DNA of 57,115 nucleotides, the filler included, from Streblomastix strix (lineage: Eukaryota), in assembly GCA_008636045.1 (NCBI GenBank). It is 2 parts of 2 records of this genome, joined end to end, with 100 filler letters (N's around TTAATTAATTAA, not from the genome) between each part and the next. Parts side by side here need not be neighbours in the genome. Positions count along the whole stretch, not along the records: positions 28,618 to 57,115 come from SNRW01000122.1; 1 more part is not named here. One strand, given 5' to 3'. The notes below the pieces were generated by a model. The model did not search any database and had not been told where the DNA came from. It saw nothing but the letters and a program-made list of their open reading frames with translations. Each line of letters opens with the position of its first letter. The stretch's first letter is position 1. Shown here piece by piece: positions 29,067 to 44,500 of the stretch. A program made the translations under genes and the position numbers.

Positions 29067-31645
29067 CATTGAATAGAATTAATCACCTTTGCCTTCTCCT
29101 GGGTAGAAATTCTTTGTTTATTTGAATGTCGCATCAACAATGCCAAACCCTAATTAGAATTGAGATATAATCAAGGTATTATACAATATAATAATAGATA
29201 TAATTAATAATATATATAATACACAAATATCCTGTTGCTCCTCCTTTACCAGGTCCAAATCTCACTTTCATTCGAGCATATCCATCCTTCACTTCAGGGT
29301 TTACTATAAATGATGCTTATTTCTTATCTGATGTGGCTTGAACAGTAACAATAGGATAAAGAACACCACTTGGTTAAGGACCACGTTATCCTGATGTTTA
29401 TATTACTTTCACGCGTTTGAACCTATTAAATATAAATATATCAAATAGAATTGGTGAGAAATAAATTAAATAGAGAAAATTATTGAATAGATATTAATTA
29501 ATCAATAAAATAGAAAATAGAACAAACTTGTCCACAACTTCAATTGGCTGTATTGGTTGAATCATGATCTAAGCTGGCCTTGGTGGAGGAGCTAATGAAT
29601 AAATAATACAAAAAGATAATATGAATCAATTAAATAGTTGAAGAGTATACAAATTAACAATGTTATTAATAAATAAATAAATTATTAAATATGTAAATAT
29701 ACGGAGTAATTGATTAGGAGCAGGTTGTTCAATATCTCTGATATTTGCATCTTCAGCTTCATCTCCATCATCAGCTTCATCATCATTTAATCTAAAATTA
29801 GGTGGAAGTTGAGCTCGAATTCCTCCAATTGGAGCAAGACTTGGATATGCAGGTAATTATCCTGGCCTTTGAGGAGGAGGAGAAGATATGGGACCTGCAG
29901 GGACTGCAGTTGCTGAATTGATAATAATAATAATTGATTTATAATAATAATAATAATAATAATAATAATTGAATTATATTAATTTGCAATTAGTTTTCTA
30001 ATCTAATTAGGATTATATAATAAATAAACTTGTAGTTTCACTAGAAGCAGTAGATGCACCACCTCCACCTCCAAGTTGACGCATAATTAAAGCACCTAAA
30101 AACATTCTCAATAATATATCTTCTTCATCATCTTCTTCTCCTGGTTTTGGAGGTTCTTAAGGAAGACCAAATAATTGGCGCATAATTGGATCACGAATAA
30201 CAACACTTGGATTCTTCTTCTCTTCATCACCAATTTTCTATAAATTATATAAATATGTATATTAGAGGTTGAATAATTGATAAGATAAATTATAAGTTCA
30301 ATAACCTTAATATATTTCTCATATAGATCTTTTATCTTTGGTTGTTCCATCAGTTGTTCTGTGGTTGGGCGTCTTTTTGGATCCTTTTTATATTCAATAA
30401 TAAAAATTAAATATAATTAAAATATTATTTTATAAATATATTCCATATATAATGAAAATACCTTTTCAAGCATTGCAGTTATCATTCTCTTCAATTCATA
30501 ACTGTATTTTGGAAGGAATGGAGCAGGAGGCTGAAATATAAATAAATATTTTAATGAATAAATGGTTAATTAATTAAAATATAATCAAAGTATAAAATAA
30601 TTCATACATCGCTTCTGATACTCATCATCAACTGCATAGATGTAGCATCTTTGAAAGGATTCTTCCTATTCATCACCTTTAATAACACAAATAAATTCAT
30701 AAAATAAATTAAAAATAATAATAAAGAATATTTTAATTATTTAAATAATGAACCTCATATAAGATAGATCCAATTCCCCAGATATCACTTTGCTTAGTCA
30801 GCTTCATCCCATTGATAACTTCTGGGCACATGTAACGCCTTATTCAAATGAATAATTATATAATTATACAGAATATTAATTAAAAGCAATTAAATAACTA
30901 CTAATCAAGTTATTAATTATTTTATTTTCATACTGGGCATTCTGAAGTGTAGCAGCATAAGACTTTCCAGTTGCAACAACACGTGCCATCCCAAAGTCAC
31001 CTAATAACAATTAAATGTTTAAGAAAGAAGGAAATAATATGATTAAGATTGAATTACAATAATTAGGTGAAAATACGAACCAAGTCGGATGTTGTAGTTG
31101 TTATCAAAGAAGATGTTTGTTGGTTTCAGATTTCTGTGAATTATTTGTCTTTGGTGCAAACAATATACAGAAAATACAAGTTGCATCATGATCTCCCAGA
31201 CTTTCTGAAATACAAGGATATTATGAAGCAAGAAATTATGAAAGATAAATGGGTGTATAATCTCAAATAATAATTAATTTCAAGAGAATCTCAAATAATA
31301 ATTAATTTCAAGAGAATGACAAACATCTTCTTTCATCGTTGCATGCCGCAAATTGAGTTTCCTCTGGATATCAGCAAATGACCCTTTCTTGTAGAAGTCC
31401 GTTACTATGTAGATATTTTCATCAATTTCAAAAGTTTCAACAAAATTCACAATGATCGGGCAGTTCAGTTTCTTGTGAATGTCCAACTCCCGATTGATGT
31501 CCTGTTGCTCCTGCTCAGATGAGAAGTGCATCGCCTTGATAGCATAGAACTTTTCTTTATCTCCACCGCGCTTAATGCACTTATATGTCCTCCCCAAATC
31601 ACCAGCTCCCAAAGTATCAATAATTTCGTAGTTTTAGATGATCAT
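28618..31645 (-). CDS. NEK-family kinase (probable pseudokinase, HRN) with Pro-rich linker and SPRY-like C-terminal region; many introns; 3' end truncated
   Basis: YEIIDTLGAGDLGRTY, YAIKAM, IIHRNLKPTNIF, LGDFGMAR, YMCPE, SDIWGIGSILYE, DPKRRPT; later exons FGIVDATF...FYPG, SVAYVG, DGD. Confidence 0.85.
29009..29065. repeat. (AAT)n microsatellite in a NEK intron; (TA)n at ~28960-28991
   Basis: Read directly from the sequence. Confidence 0.9.
31259..31317. repeat. 28-bp tandem duplication in the first NEK intron
   Basis: aatctcaaataataattaatttcaagag x2. Confidence 0.9.
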
Positions 31646-31969
31646 CCGCGCTGCACAAAAAGAAAGTGAGGATAAATGAATAATATAAAACCACGAGAAT
31701 AAATGAGAAATAAATGAAAATAACCAATGAATGGTAAATAATAATCGTTATTGGAGAGAAAATGAGCAAAAAAGAACTGAAGCAAAATTATCTGTTATAA
31801 GTCAAGCCAAGCAAAGAATGAAGTTCGCAATCATAATATTGTGCGATATGAGCACGTAGAGTAGAAATGAAATAATAAAACAAATATTTTTATAGCGTAA
31901 GCGCTCAATATGCTTTTTTTATTACAAATCTGTTTTTCTCTTTATACACTTAATATCGTGTTTTAGTAC

Positions 31970-32741
31970 ATGAAAATTAAAATTTAAGAATATAATGCAA
32001 GCTATTTATAGAATATTATTAGCGAAAGATTACTACACGGTCGAGATTGGACTTGGGCAAATAACTCAAAAATTCCACGAGCATCTTCCTCGGCTTCCCG
32101 TGAACAATTATATTTGAAGTTGAAATTTTTAACATATTAACATGATTTAAGACTATTCTTATAGCAATATTGAAAATTAAAGGGCATTTGTATCAGAACT
32201 GGCTTTACTTCGAAATTAACGCGAAAACTTCTCAGATGATATGTCATAGGCAGAAGAAACGATATCTCAGATGAAAAAGAGGATTATTGAGTTAGAGTAG
32301 AAGAATAAACTTAATTAAAACACGATATTAGCTTTGGAAGAGCAGAGAAACGCAAGAGGACAATTATTAGATGAGCAATCTCGTAAATTGGTTGATGGTG
32401 AACGTAACAAACTATCGATTGAGCTAGGAGAGATCAAAATTGGACTGTAATAAAAAGGATTTATAAAATATTATAATTCTTTTCAATTCTAGATAGTTTT
32501 TGTTATTTTTAAATAAATAATAAAATTAAACAACACTTTAAATAAATAATAAGAATTACTCTAAAATGAATGTGTGTTGAATTTGAAATTAAATTTGAAA
32601 TGTTAAATGAGTAATAATACTATAATATTTTAATAAAATTTAAAAAAATAAAATTCTGAAATATCAACATTAAAAATGGCCAAAAAGTAAATGTAGAATA
32701 AATAAATTTATTTTTTGAAAGAAGTATTGGAAAAATATTGA
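31970..32741 (+). CDS. Hypothetical coiled-coil protein with at least one intron (~32119-32164)
   Basis: MKIKIQEYNASYLQNIISERLLHGRDWTW..., then heptad-rich QAEETISQMKKRIIELEQKNK; first in-frame TGA at 32739. The 3' end is uncertain. Confidence 0.5.
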
Positions 32742-32871
32742 AATATTCACGAAAAATGTAAATAAAATTTAGAAGATAAATATATAAATTATTTTCCATT
32801 TCTTTCATCCGTCTAAATAATTATTTTAATTTGAAGTGATGTTCAATTATCTTTTTTTTCTTTAAAATAAT

Positions 32872-35800
32872 TCAAATTTAATTTTTATCAGAATTATTAC
32901 GCTCTTATTAAATCTCTTCTGCTTAAGAAATGATGAGTGTAATATTTGAATTTATTATTTTATCTTGACTTGTCGAAGTGATTTATGACAATTGAAGTGG
33001 TTATGGTTCTGTCTATTCGAGTGTTTGTGATTAAGTTTGAGATTATATTTATTATAAAGGAATTTGGTTTGAATTAGATTGTTAGGGTTAATTAGATATT
33101 ATGTTTGGGGATTATTATCCTTATTTAATACTATTTTATTATGTTTAATCCAACCCTTTTGTTTATACCTACTTTATTGCATTTGCATTATTATTGTTAC
33201 AATTATTCAAATTATTTTTCTTTGAAATGGTTAAATTGAAATGTAACTTGGTTAATTATACGGGGTCTTGGATATTTTATGGCCATTCCTATTCTCCCTG
33301 AAGAAACAAAAAGGATAAAAAATATTTTAAGTAGTGAAAAAATAATCAAACTTTTGAAATATGATCCCACGTAGATACATTTTCTGAAATAAAAAAATAA
33401 TATAAAACAAAATAATAAATAAAATAACAATGAAATACAATTAAGGTTGTCTAAGCAAGGTTTGAGGCACATGAGCAAATTATCAACAGTTTCAATCATA
33501 GGTTTTACAAAGCCAAGAAGAAACGCAATCTATTTTTTAAATAATAATTTAGAAAATTTAATAAGAATGAATAAATAAAGAATAAATAAAGAATAAATAA
33601 TAAAATATTGAAAATATAAATTATAATATAAATTATTTTAATTCTTTCACAATTTAATAAATTATTATTATTATTATACTTGTCCAGTGCTCATTTCCTT
33701 TGTATTCGCAAGTGTTCTGTCATTTAATCTGTTTGGAGTCATTCCCATTAATCTTTCTCTATCACCCTAATTTATATAAATAATAAACAAATTTTAATTC
33801 ACTTATGATATAAATAGTTATATTTCAAACTTATGCATGGCCCTCTTCTAAAATACGCATAGACCATCGTGGGGCTATACTCCATGGTCTGGTTCCATTA
33901 CTAATGTCTAAATTATATATTATTAATGAATAATATTGAATGGGCAGATAAACGAATAAAGAAATTATTATTTTCAATTCATTCATAATATAGTTCATAA
34001 TACCTGCAGTCATCAATATAAGCTTCATTAGTAATTCTCTATCTTCAGCATTTTCTTTTGGTAAAAATGGGTCTTATTCAACTGTGAGGGATAATATTTC
34101 ATAATTTGATATATTAAAAAAAATTCAATTTATGAAAGAAAATTTCTTTTTAAATCAAACTTGTTCTTATTTTGCATTCAGCGCGGGTCCTGATTGGAAA
34201 ATGCTGCTTTACATCCGTTGCTAAAATCATATTAATCATCATTCTAAATAAATTCAGAAACAAGGAATAAAATACAATTTAAATAGAAAATACTTCATTT
34301 TTCTTATTTTTCTCTCTTAATATTCAAATAAATAAACAAACCTTCTCAATTCTATTCTTTATCCCGACTAAAGATTAGCAAGTATATCACATTCTGGTTA
34401 TTGTTCAATTAATAGGAATGCATTGGCTACATGCGAATTCTCAAGCGGTGAAGAATCATTATATAAAAGAGCTAATTTGTGACCAGTATTCTGAATAATA
34501 AGGAATGAATGATAATAAACAATTAATAATAATTCAATGATTTTAATTAAACCTTCAAATAGTCATTGTTTAATCCAGGATGACCCATATCATGACAAGC
34601 TGCAGAAATAAAAATAGTCAATAAATCAAGATCTGATAATACAGCTGTATGTGGGCCTGAAATAATAGGAAATAATAAAAATAGATTTGTTATGAATAAA
34701 AAAAGCTAAGAAAATAATTTACGATTTACTTATTTTATCATTTAGTTTCATTTTGATATTTGAATATACCTCTTCGTGTACATAGCCAATGAGTCATTTG
34801 AAGAACATCAGCTGCATGTGCAGCTGAGTGGTATGGATTCTTGAAGTAATATTTTTCAACCTATAATAATGAATGAGAGAGAAATAAAATAGGAATATGA
34901 AAATATAGACTTTAAAATATAATATATACCATAAAAAAGAAGTTGATGGCTGTTTATACATCGATATTAAACTTATTTAAAAGATCATGTCTCTATAAAA
35001 TTAAGAATCCTAAAACAGTCAATGCATGATTATGTGTAAGTTAATGAACTAAGAGAGTGTCGAATTATAAAGAGCCAAGATCCTGATTATAAATAAATAA
35101 ATAAAATATAATAGAAATTAATAAATAAGCATAATAAATATAATAATTACTTGAAGAGCAAATCGCAGCATTGTAAATTCAGCTCTTGATAAATCTTCTA
35201 ATAACCCTCTTTAAGTTCTAATAATAAATTTCCTTATTTTCTTCTTTGATTTGGTTTTCTTTAATTTCTTAGTATTTGGACTATTCGCTGAACTATTACC
35301 AGAATTATTACTGTCTCTTCTTACCTTCTTTTTCTCATTTATTTATTTATTATTATTATCTCCTTATTCATCCTAATAGAATGAATCATCTGTATCATCA
35401 CTATCCTCATCTTCTTCTTCCTCATCTTCTTCTTCCTCATATTCTTCTTCTTCTCCTTTATCTTCCCTTTCAAATTCAGGGTCTTGTGGACCAAGAATCA
35501 AAAGAGGAATAAGCTCCTAAGCAAATGCAATTGAGAGAAGCGCTTCTCCTCTTCTTTTTAATGGAATTTTCCCAATAAGAGAAGCTGATATGAAAGGATC
35601 GTTCATATCTTCATCTTCATCCTCCTACATTTTTATTGATGGAGCGTTTGTATTGATCTCCATATTGTTGAACGAATCAGGATCTGTTTGTTCAGTTGAT
35701 TCTGATATTTATGAGGATGAAGAATTCTCATCTTTCAATAGTTTCTTTTTTTGATTATGGTCCTTATTCAAATATTTTGCATATACATCATGTGGAGTTT

Positions 35801-38800
35801 ATTCCAGATCAATTGAATGTCTACGAAGCCTTCTTTTATATTTTGTTCCTTCTTTTTTGATTATCTTGTGCAACAGAGCATGTTCAGATGATGAATGTCA
35901 ACCCAATGATTGAAGATTGAATGGATCACTCACATGAGGATATGAAATGGATATTCTTCTAATGACCTTAGCTTGCGGTTGTGAATTGGATGATGAAAAT
36001 GATTAACATGAAGCAGAAGGAGAAACTTGGGATACAGGACCTGGAATTGATTATGGAATGGAGACTGGAATGAAATGTTGAGGTGGGTGTGTTACAATCC
36101 TTCTTGGTAAGAATGATAAGTTGGAAAGAAGTTGTTTAACATCGAAAGGATCTTTTGAAGTTTAGTCTTTTTCATCATCATCATCATCATCATAAATTTC
36201 AAGTTTTTTGTTTGGGGGAGATTTATTAACATTTTTTCCATCTTCATCAGATTCTTTTTAACTCTTAATCGTGCCTTATTTTAATTTTTCTAAATCTTCT
36301 TTATTCTTTTATAAGTTTATTGTCTTTTACCTTGCTGCAAACTCTGTATTTATTTTCTCATCGTCATCATCATCACCTTCATCATCATTTTCATTCTCAA
36401 GATCTTATTCAATTTCTAAAACTTCTTCTTCTTTCTCTGTTTCTTGATTCTACTTATAATTATTAGTATTCTTTTTTAAATCAATTTTATCTTTCTTCTA
36501 TTCAGTTGGATTTGTTGTTATTTCTTCAAATATTTGAGCATCTTATACAACTTTCCCAATTTTAAGTTGAGATTTAGGTTTCTCTTCGTTTGACTTAACT
36601 TTATTAGACTAAATGAACCCAGAAAATGATGTAGAATCTTCCAATGGTTATAATGCATCAATCTTCAATTATAAAGGAGGCCGACTCACACTTCTTTCTC
36701 CTATTAAAGTATTTCTTTCAATTCTTTCACTTATATTTCCACTACCAGGCTCACCATTAACATCTACACTTAAATGATGCTTTTAATGATTTTTATGATA
36801 TTAGGTATCTATTGTATTAAAACCAGCTAATTCATTATCATTATCATGCTCATGATATTCTACACTTTCTGGTCCAGATTCATATCCAAATTAAACGTGT
36901 TTTTTATGATGATGATGATGTGCATGCTCATTAGTTTATTGATCATTTCCATCTTTGTTATCATTTCTGAATGTCTATTCATGCGCATTATTGACTCCTT
37001 GTTTCTAATTGTGTTACAAACTCGCACTACGAGTTAAAAAATCAATACTTCCTTCATGTTCATGTAAATCATGATGCTCTTAACTTTTATGATGATTCTT
37101 ATGATCAGGATTTTCTTATTCATTTTCATGGTCCTATTCAATTTAATGTGATTTTTCATGACTATCTTAGCCGCGATTAAAAGATCGTCTACGATGGCCT
37201 CTAGAAAGATGTCTGTTTTAATCATGTTTTTCTAATTCTGAACGTTCATTCTACTCTTTTTCTTTTTGTTTATGTTCATTACTATGTTTTAAATGATCAT
37301 TTTTATTATCTTTTCTTTTTAACTCTTTACTACTCTCATTATCTTTCAATTCATTTTATTTCAAAGTAGAATTTTCTTTGTTAATATTCTATGAGATCTA
37401 CTAACCAAATTTATCCATCTCTTTTGGGAAACTAGCAGATATATTCATCGATTTGGGAGTAATAGATCGAGTTGACGTTTAACCAGCTTTTTTTGTTCCA
37501 AATTCCTGACCTTTAACACTGAAAATATCATTCTTAACATCTTGGTTCAATGCAATACTAATTTATGATGTGTGCTTTTATATACTAGCATCTAATTCTT
37601 ACTATAACCTTTATTGATCTGCAGGTTTCCCAATTATATTTACTACTAATGCAGTCTTAGAAGCTTCATTGAACGAGAAAGGCTTTTCAGGATGTTGTAC
37701 ATTCAGGTTCTTTTGAGGTGAATGCGAATGATGGATACTATAAGTAGATGCTTATGTAGATCCTTTTGAAATTGTATTGAATTGTGGAGCTGCAGAATAA
37801 TATGTTTTTGTTGTTGGTGATTCAGATGGAGAATAATGCAATTAAGGTTATAATTATTAAAGGGATAATTACGAACTTGGGGATCTTGTAGGGGATTTAA
37901 TATTAAAGGTGGGATTGTCTGAATTTTAATAATTGTGATGTTTTTCATTTGATTTTTTCTTTCCTTTTCGTTTTTCATTTTTGTTTTCTTTCTCTTCATC
38001 TTTATCATCCTCCTAATAGTTATCCTGTTTTTGTTTTTTCTTTTATTCTTTTTCATTCTCTTGTTCCTATTCTCCATTCTCTTATTTATCATCTCTTTCT
38101 TTTTCTATATCTTTATTCTTTTCATTCATTTTTTCAATTTCAATTTTTATTTATTTCAATCTCTCTTCTTGTTCTTATTATTGTATGACCAACTGATTCA
38201 TCTTTTCAATTTCAGTTTAATCATTATCGAAATTATTCTGCATTGAAGGAATTCTCTGGAATTTACTCGAGGATTGAGATTATGGAGATTACTTTAATTA
38301 GATATATTAGAGAATAGAATAATAAATATAATAACATAATAAATAAATATCAAAAATTCTTTTTTGTATTAATCAATATGCAATTAAAAATATTTTATAA
38401 TACCGGTGACATTCCATAGTTAGTTTAAACGAGCTCCATTGCAGGCATTGATACTGAAATACCCATCGACATTTAACTCATTTAACTTTATAGAGCAGGT
38501 ATTGTTATTTATAATTAATTAAAAGGAGCTAAACGTGCAATAGATCCAGAATATTATGATGATAATTGAGATATAGGCGATAAGAATGTACCTGGACTAT
38601 CTGGTAATGATGAATTAATCTGTTGGTACTATGTTTCAACTTGAGTTCCCAATGCAGATTGTAGTGTATATGATGACAATGAAGATGATGATGAAGAAGA
38701 AGAAGATGATAATGAAGAAGATCCGGTTGCTTCTGAACATATTGCAGTTGCTTTTGATTAAGACGAAAATAATTATGTTGTATCTTATCCAGCTGATTCA

Positions 38801-40917
38801 TTTGCACTGAATTTAAGAGATTAGGTTGAGTCTTCATTTGGTTCAACAAGCAAAGTCTGAGAATTTTCCCCTTAAGATAATTTTGATGATTAAATATGTT
38901 ATTTTCCTTATTAAGGGAATGATTATGGTTAAAGTTGCAGTTATTATTACTATTACGTATCTTCTACAGAAAATATCCTTTAATTATTCTTCTCTTATGC
39001 ATTTCTATGTTAATTACTTGTCTTAACTAATGATATTGGTTGGGGTTTGGTAAGTTACGAATATTAAGGACTAATTCCAATTGAAGAAGAAGATGCGTAA
39101 TTGGAGGTAAGAGATGAATACTCAGTAAAATTTGAAAAAGACAAATTTGATTGTGACAAAGTATCTATTTATGTTGCCATTGTCTTTTCAGATCCAACAT
39201 GTTTCTACATTCCTTATTCTTCAGTTTCAAACACTTCAGATGGAGATTATGAATATCTTTTAAATCCCAACAATGAAGAAGGAGTTGGTAATCCTTATTA
39301 TTGTTATGATTAAGATTATTATTATTAAGATGAAATTGTGAGATCATGAATGTTTGGACTTATTGTATTTATTGGTGAAGAGGATTATCTAGGTGATTCT
39401 TTTTTGAATTCATTATCATTTTGGTTTATATTTTAATCTTTTTTATATTCTTCAACTTAAGCGAATGATGTTGTGCTTGCACTGATAGTGTATTCCTGAT
39501 CCAATTACTCATATTTAGTTTAATTCCAATCTTTCTCATCTTATTCTGATAATATTGATATAAGTGGGTTATGTTCATAATGTAGATGTACATGAGACGA
39601 ATTTTATTTCCCATCTTCGCTCAAACTTTATCTAAGATGGTGATCTTATTAGTTTTCAAAGAAGAAAGTTTTATGTGAGAGACTTGTTGAGGATAAAATG
39701 GATGGATTTGTAGATGAAGTTATTGGTTCTGTTAAACATACTGATTTCTCTTCAATGATTGGTTCAGCTTCGTTTAATCCTTCAAACATAAACTTGCTCT
39801 CTTTCTATTATATCTGTTACTAATCATCATTCTGATCTTGTACTGCAAATGTGGAGAATATTTATTACTACCCTTACATTGATAGCATATCTACATTGGC
39901 TAAAGCAATACTATTACTTCTACTTAAATGTGGGTTTTAGCTTTTGAGTAAATTTGATGGATTCTTTAAATCCCTTATTTACTATAGCACACTTGATCGT
40001 CGATACAAGATTTTTGTTTATTCATTCTCTCCATCATTGAATTAAGTATTTTAAGATTCTTCATTCTATTTATATTCTTCCTCATTCTCTTCCTCATTGT
40101 TTTAATAATATATCTCATCATCTGTATTCGTATCATCAGACATCTATGATTACAGAGCTAATGGACTAATCTCTGTTACTGGAAGTTACAATTTTAAGTT
40201 TTTAGTCTAATTTTATAATTGTGTAAGACGATGCTATGTTTTACTCTTCCTCAAATTTTACACTGTCTATGGACGTGACCCCACAAATGAGCTCAAATCA
40301 GAATGTTTTGCTAATGAATTATTAATATTAATTTAATTTGAGTTTGAGATCCCTTCATTTAATTATTATTGAAAATCTAAATTATCTTCCTTATCACTGT
40401 GCATTGAGAATCCACGTGGTCTTCCTCCTCTTGGTGTGGGAGGCTTTGAGTTTTATGCAGAAATAATTTCTTATACTTTTGTCTGCATGTTTTGTGCACT
40501 AGAACTTTAATTTGATGAATATTCTTACATATATATCTAAAAATAATCCTTTATCTCACTAGATTCAGCACTATCACCAGGAGTAGAAATATTCTAAGCA
40601 GAATCAGCATCAGAAACGGGTAAATGTGTGTTACTAATGTGATTAAGTTCTGTTGGGGTATAAAATCTATCACGATTTATATCAGCAAATATTTGATCTA
40701 TTTCGTCTTTATCATCTTTCGTAATGTAACTATATTGGCGAAGTCGAGATAAGAGTTAAATTAAACGCAAAGCAGGTGAGTTGGAGAATTTTGCAGTCAT
40801 TTAATTTGCAAGTTGAGAACCCGAAGTTATACTATTCACAGAAGCTTTTTCACTTGTTCCAAAATCTGTTTCGTGCATCTGAACGAAGGAGTTTAAGTCT
40901 TATTATTCCAAATTCAT
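32872..40917 (-). CDS. Class I 3',5'-cyclic nucleotide phosphodiesterase with very long low-complexity N-terminal region
   Basis: Spliced catalytic domain at ~33350-35090: NPYHSAAHAADV, AACHDMGHPGLNN, YNDSSPLENSH, ILATD, ADISNGTRPW, QGDRE. ATG 40917; TGA 32874-32872. Confidence 0.88.
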
Positions 40918-41564
40918 TGAGAAAAGTCTATTTATGTACAAAAAACATTATTTTTAAAAATAATTATTAAGAATATAAATCGTTATTTGAAAAATGTTTT
41001 GTCTTATATAAAATATTGGCTGAAAACTACTAAATTTGGCGTTGGTTGAATAGTTTTTTATTAATGCGGTTGAGAAAGCAATTAAATATAAAATTCCGAT
41101 CTCAATAAGATCCAATTTACGTGATTACGAGTGTTTTTTGCATAATATCTCAAAAATAGGTATATATGCTAAATTTTTAGATTATAAAAAGAAAAATAAT
41201 GGTGATATATATTATTTAGTAAATAATACATATAATAAAAACATTATATTTAGTTGGTTACATCATAAAATCAAAATTATAATTTTAGAGTTTTATTCAA
41301 CGATTTAATATATGTTTTGATCGCATATTGAAATAAAAATATCATATTATAAATGTTTTGTTTTAAAGAGCTTTTAATTTTGGCCTTTTCCTGCGAAAAA
41401 CAACTACAAATACTTTTTTTCGAATTCAAACTTTTTTATACAATTAAAAATAAAAATAGATAGCATAAATATCAAACTATAATTTATTCCTCAGATATTA
41501 ATACTAACTAAGATAAAAATAATAAAGCTTTTTGAGTTTAAAATCAATTTTATGTGAAAATTGT

Positions 41565-44500
41565 TCACTCATCGAAATCCACATTAAAGAGCATGGCAGG
41601 AATAGATACAAAGAGCGATGAATCTTCCCGACATTTTCTAAGCAACTCTCTTCTTTTAACTCCCCAGAATCTTTTGTATTTTTTCCCCTTCTTCTGACTA
41701 AGTTAAGATCTTGGTTAGTTTATTTGTTATTCATCTTCTTCCTCTTTGATACCTTTCTCTGTTATTTCAGTTACATTTAATACAAGGAATTCAAATCCAA
41801 TTCTCCTAATCTTTTCATTTGAATTTGAAAGGAGCTTCTTTTCAATCAGAGTAATTCCGCATCCATCTTCATCTTTTTCATCATCAATATTATTATTCTG
41901 AATATTCTACGCATATCCCAAACCCATTTATTAATTCTATTTAAATTAACTGATAAAAAATAAAGCGTCTTCTTCACTGAACCTCTTCTTAACTTCAAGA
42001 GTTTCTAAAATTTGAATTAAATTATTCTAATCCAATCTAAGAACCAGTAATTCAATCTCTTTCTAAATTGTGTATGTTTTCTCTTCTAGAAGTGGAATAA
42101 TAGCATTATAAATAGATAACATTCTATCTTGCAATGCTTCTCTTTCTGCATCAGTTCTTTGTATTCTACCACCAAATTGACTCTGATTCATATTAATTTG
42201 GAATAATTCAGAAATTCCTTTGACTTTAATATTACTTTTTATTACTTAAATGAAGGAATTCAGTAAGAATAGTCCTGGAATGTTCATCCATTCACGAATA
42301 ATTTTAGTTAATAATTCTGTGTCATTTTTTCCATCATCAGAAGCATTTTTATCTGCGCTTTTGGGGATGCGTAAGAGAAATGGTATAATTGGTGCACTTG
42401 TTGGATTTCCTTTATTTAATATTCCTTAGTTCGCATAATAATATGAATTATTCATACGATTATTCTTATCTTGTTTTCTCTCCGTGTTGTATTTTTTATT
42501 TGAGATATCAATTAATTTCTACAGAAGAATTATGCGGCATTCTCCTTTCAATTCAATTCCAGATATCTCATTCAATAACTTTTAGAATACGGTTTGTATT
42601 ATTGTGATATTTTCATGATCCAAGAGCGTCGCAATAAATTGAATCAGTGATTTATGATCCTCTTTATCATTAATAGATGCACTGAATTTAATAAGGGGAA
42701 TGGCATTGAAAGTTTATTGCGCTTATTTGACTACTTTTTCGTTTGAATGTGAGAATTGAATTAAAAGAATCTTCTTCACTCGATCAGCAACTGTTTCTCC
42801 TTCAAATTCTTCATCTAATTCTTTCTTTATTTCAGTTCCACTCTATTAAACTTTTACTTTTCCTTTATATTTATGTTTCTTATTAATTTATTGCTTTGAT
42901 TAAACAGAACTTGTTATAACTTTCTTCTCCATATTACTTATTAATATTGGTATATCAGGCAAACTATGCAGTGAAATTTCTTCGTTGTTGGATTTGGATT
43001 CTTTCTCAAGGTAGTCCCACGTTCTATTATATTATATGAATCGGTTACAAAGAGCTTCAACAATGGCAATTTTAACGTCTTTATGAACAACAAATTGTTC
43101 TTGTCTAGACAAAGCACCTTTTTATGCAATTTTATCATCTTCTTCCTTCTTTAATTCTTCTTCTTATGGGTTAAGTATTAAAAACAATTCCTACAGCACC
43201 GCATCATTGTTATCTTTTATATTCAAAATCAATCTAACTTTCTCCTTTACGACTGTAACTTTCTTATTTGGGATCTTTCTAAGGAACTTCAGAGCATCGA
43301 GTGGAGGCATAGAATCAATGATCTATTCTATTTCATGGATACACACTTTGCTTTTCTCCTCATCATTCTACAATAAGTCAGTCAAAATATCAATTCCTTC
43401 TCCTGAATCTATTCTATTCAGAACACGTAATGCTGATTCATAGACAATCACTCTCTTATCTTCAGTGGCTAATTTAATAAGGATTTATGAAGGTATGGCT
43501 GGAAGTAGAACGAGTCTCTTAACAAAGGAGGCTAATTATAACCCTGTTACTTATTTCTTATCTTGTATCTTGAGTTTCCTTTTTTTAACTTTAATGGATT
43601 AAATATCTTCTTCTTTATTTTCTTCTTATTATTCTTTCTCTTTTTCATTCTCATTATCTTATGTTTCTTCTTATTTAGTGTCTTCACTTATATTATTGAT
43701 TATCTGCATTAATGACTATGCATAGAGAAGTTACTATTACTTTGATCCCTATACAAACTTGAATGGGAGATTAATCAATCCAGCTCCAGGTCCTTCAATA
43801 AGCATTTTCATCTCAGATTGATTCTTATGATGGATTGGTTTCTTCTTCCTTATTCTGGTCTGTCTCATCAGAAACTGTTGTTTCTTCTCTTATATTCTGA
43901 TATACAATTATTACTCATCATAATCTCCATTCCAGGATCCAGCTTTCTTCGCCCAATCAATTAATTATTTCTATTCTTGACTCTCCAATTAAAATAATGG
44001 AGTTAAAATATCTGAGTTATGTTTAATGATAAATATAAGAATATCTTTAATTGATATTAATCCCCAATTTTGTTTGACAAGTAATGGAAGTCGCCTTGAG
44101 TAAGGAGAATATTTTTGTATTTGAGTAGAAGAAGGAGTTTAATCTTTAATTATTTCATTAGATTTCAATTCTTTTCTTTTTTATTTCTTCAACTTCTTCT
44201 TTTCATTCTTATCATTCTATCTCAATAACTTCTATGCAAAGAAAGCAACTCTGGTTTATTTGGCTTTTGATAAAGTTTCATTAATTTTTTCAATTAAATC
44301 ATTATTAATTTCAGGAATTCCAACAAATAAACTCAATATTGTCCTCCACTATTGATAAGATTCCGCATTTCCAAAATCTTATTATTACTCAAATAATTCA
44401 TTTAAAGTTGGTTAGAATATAAGATAAAGTTCTTTCTTCAATGAATTTGGTAGATTCTCTATTTCTTCTTCATTTACTAGCAATCCTTACATTATATTTT

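Noticed and set aside
31970..32120. Atg16-like N-terminus in the coiled-coil gene
   Set aside because: Similarity is limited to a few residues.
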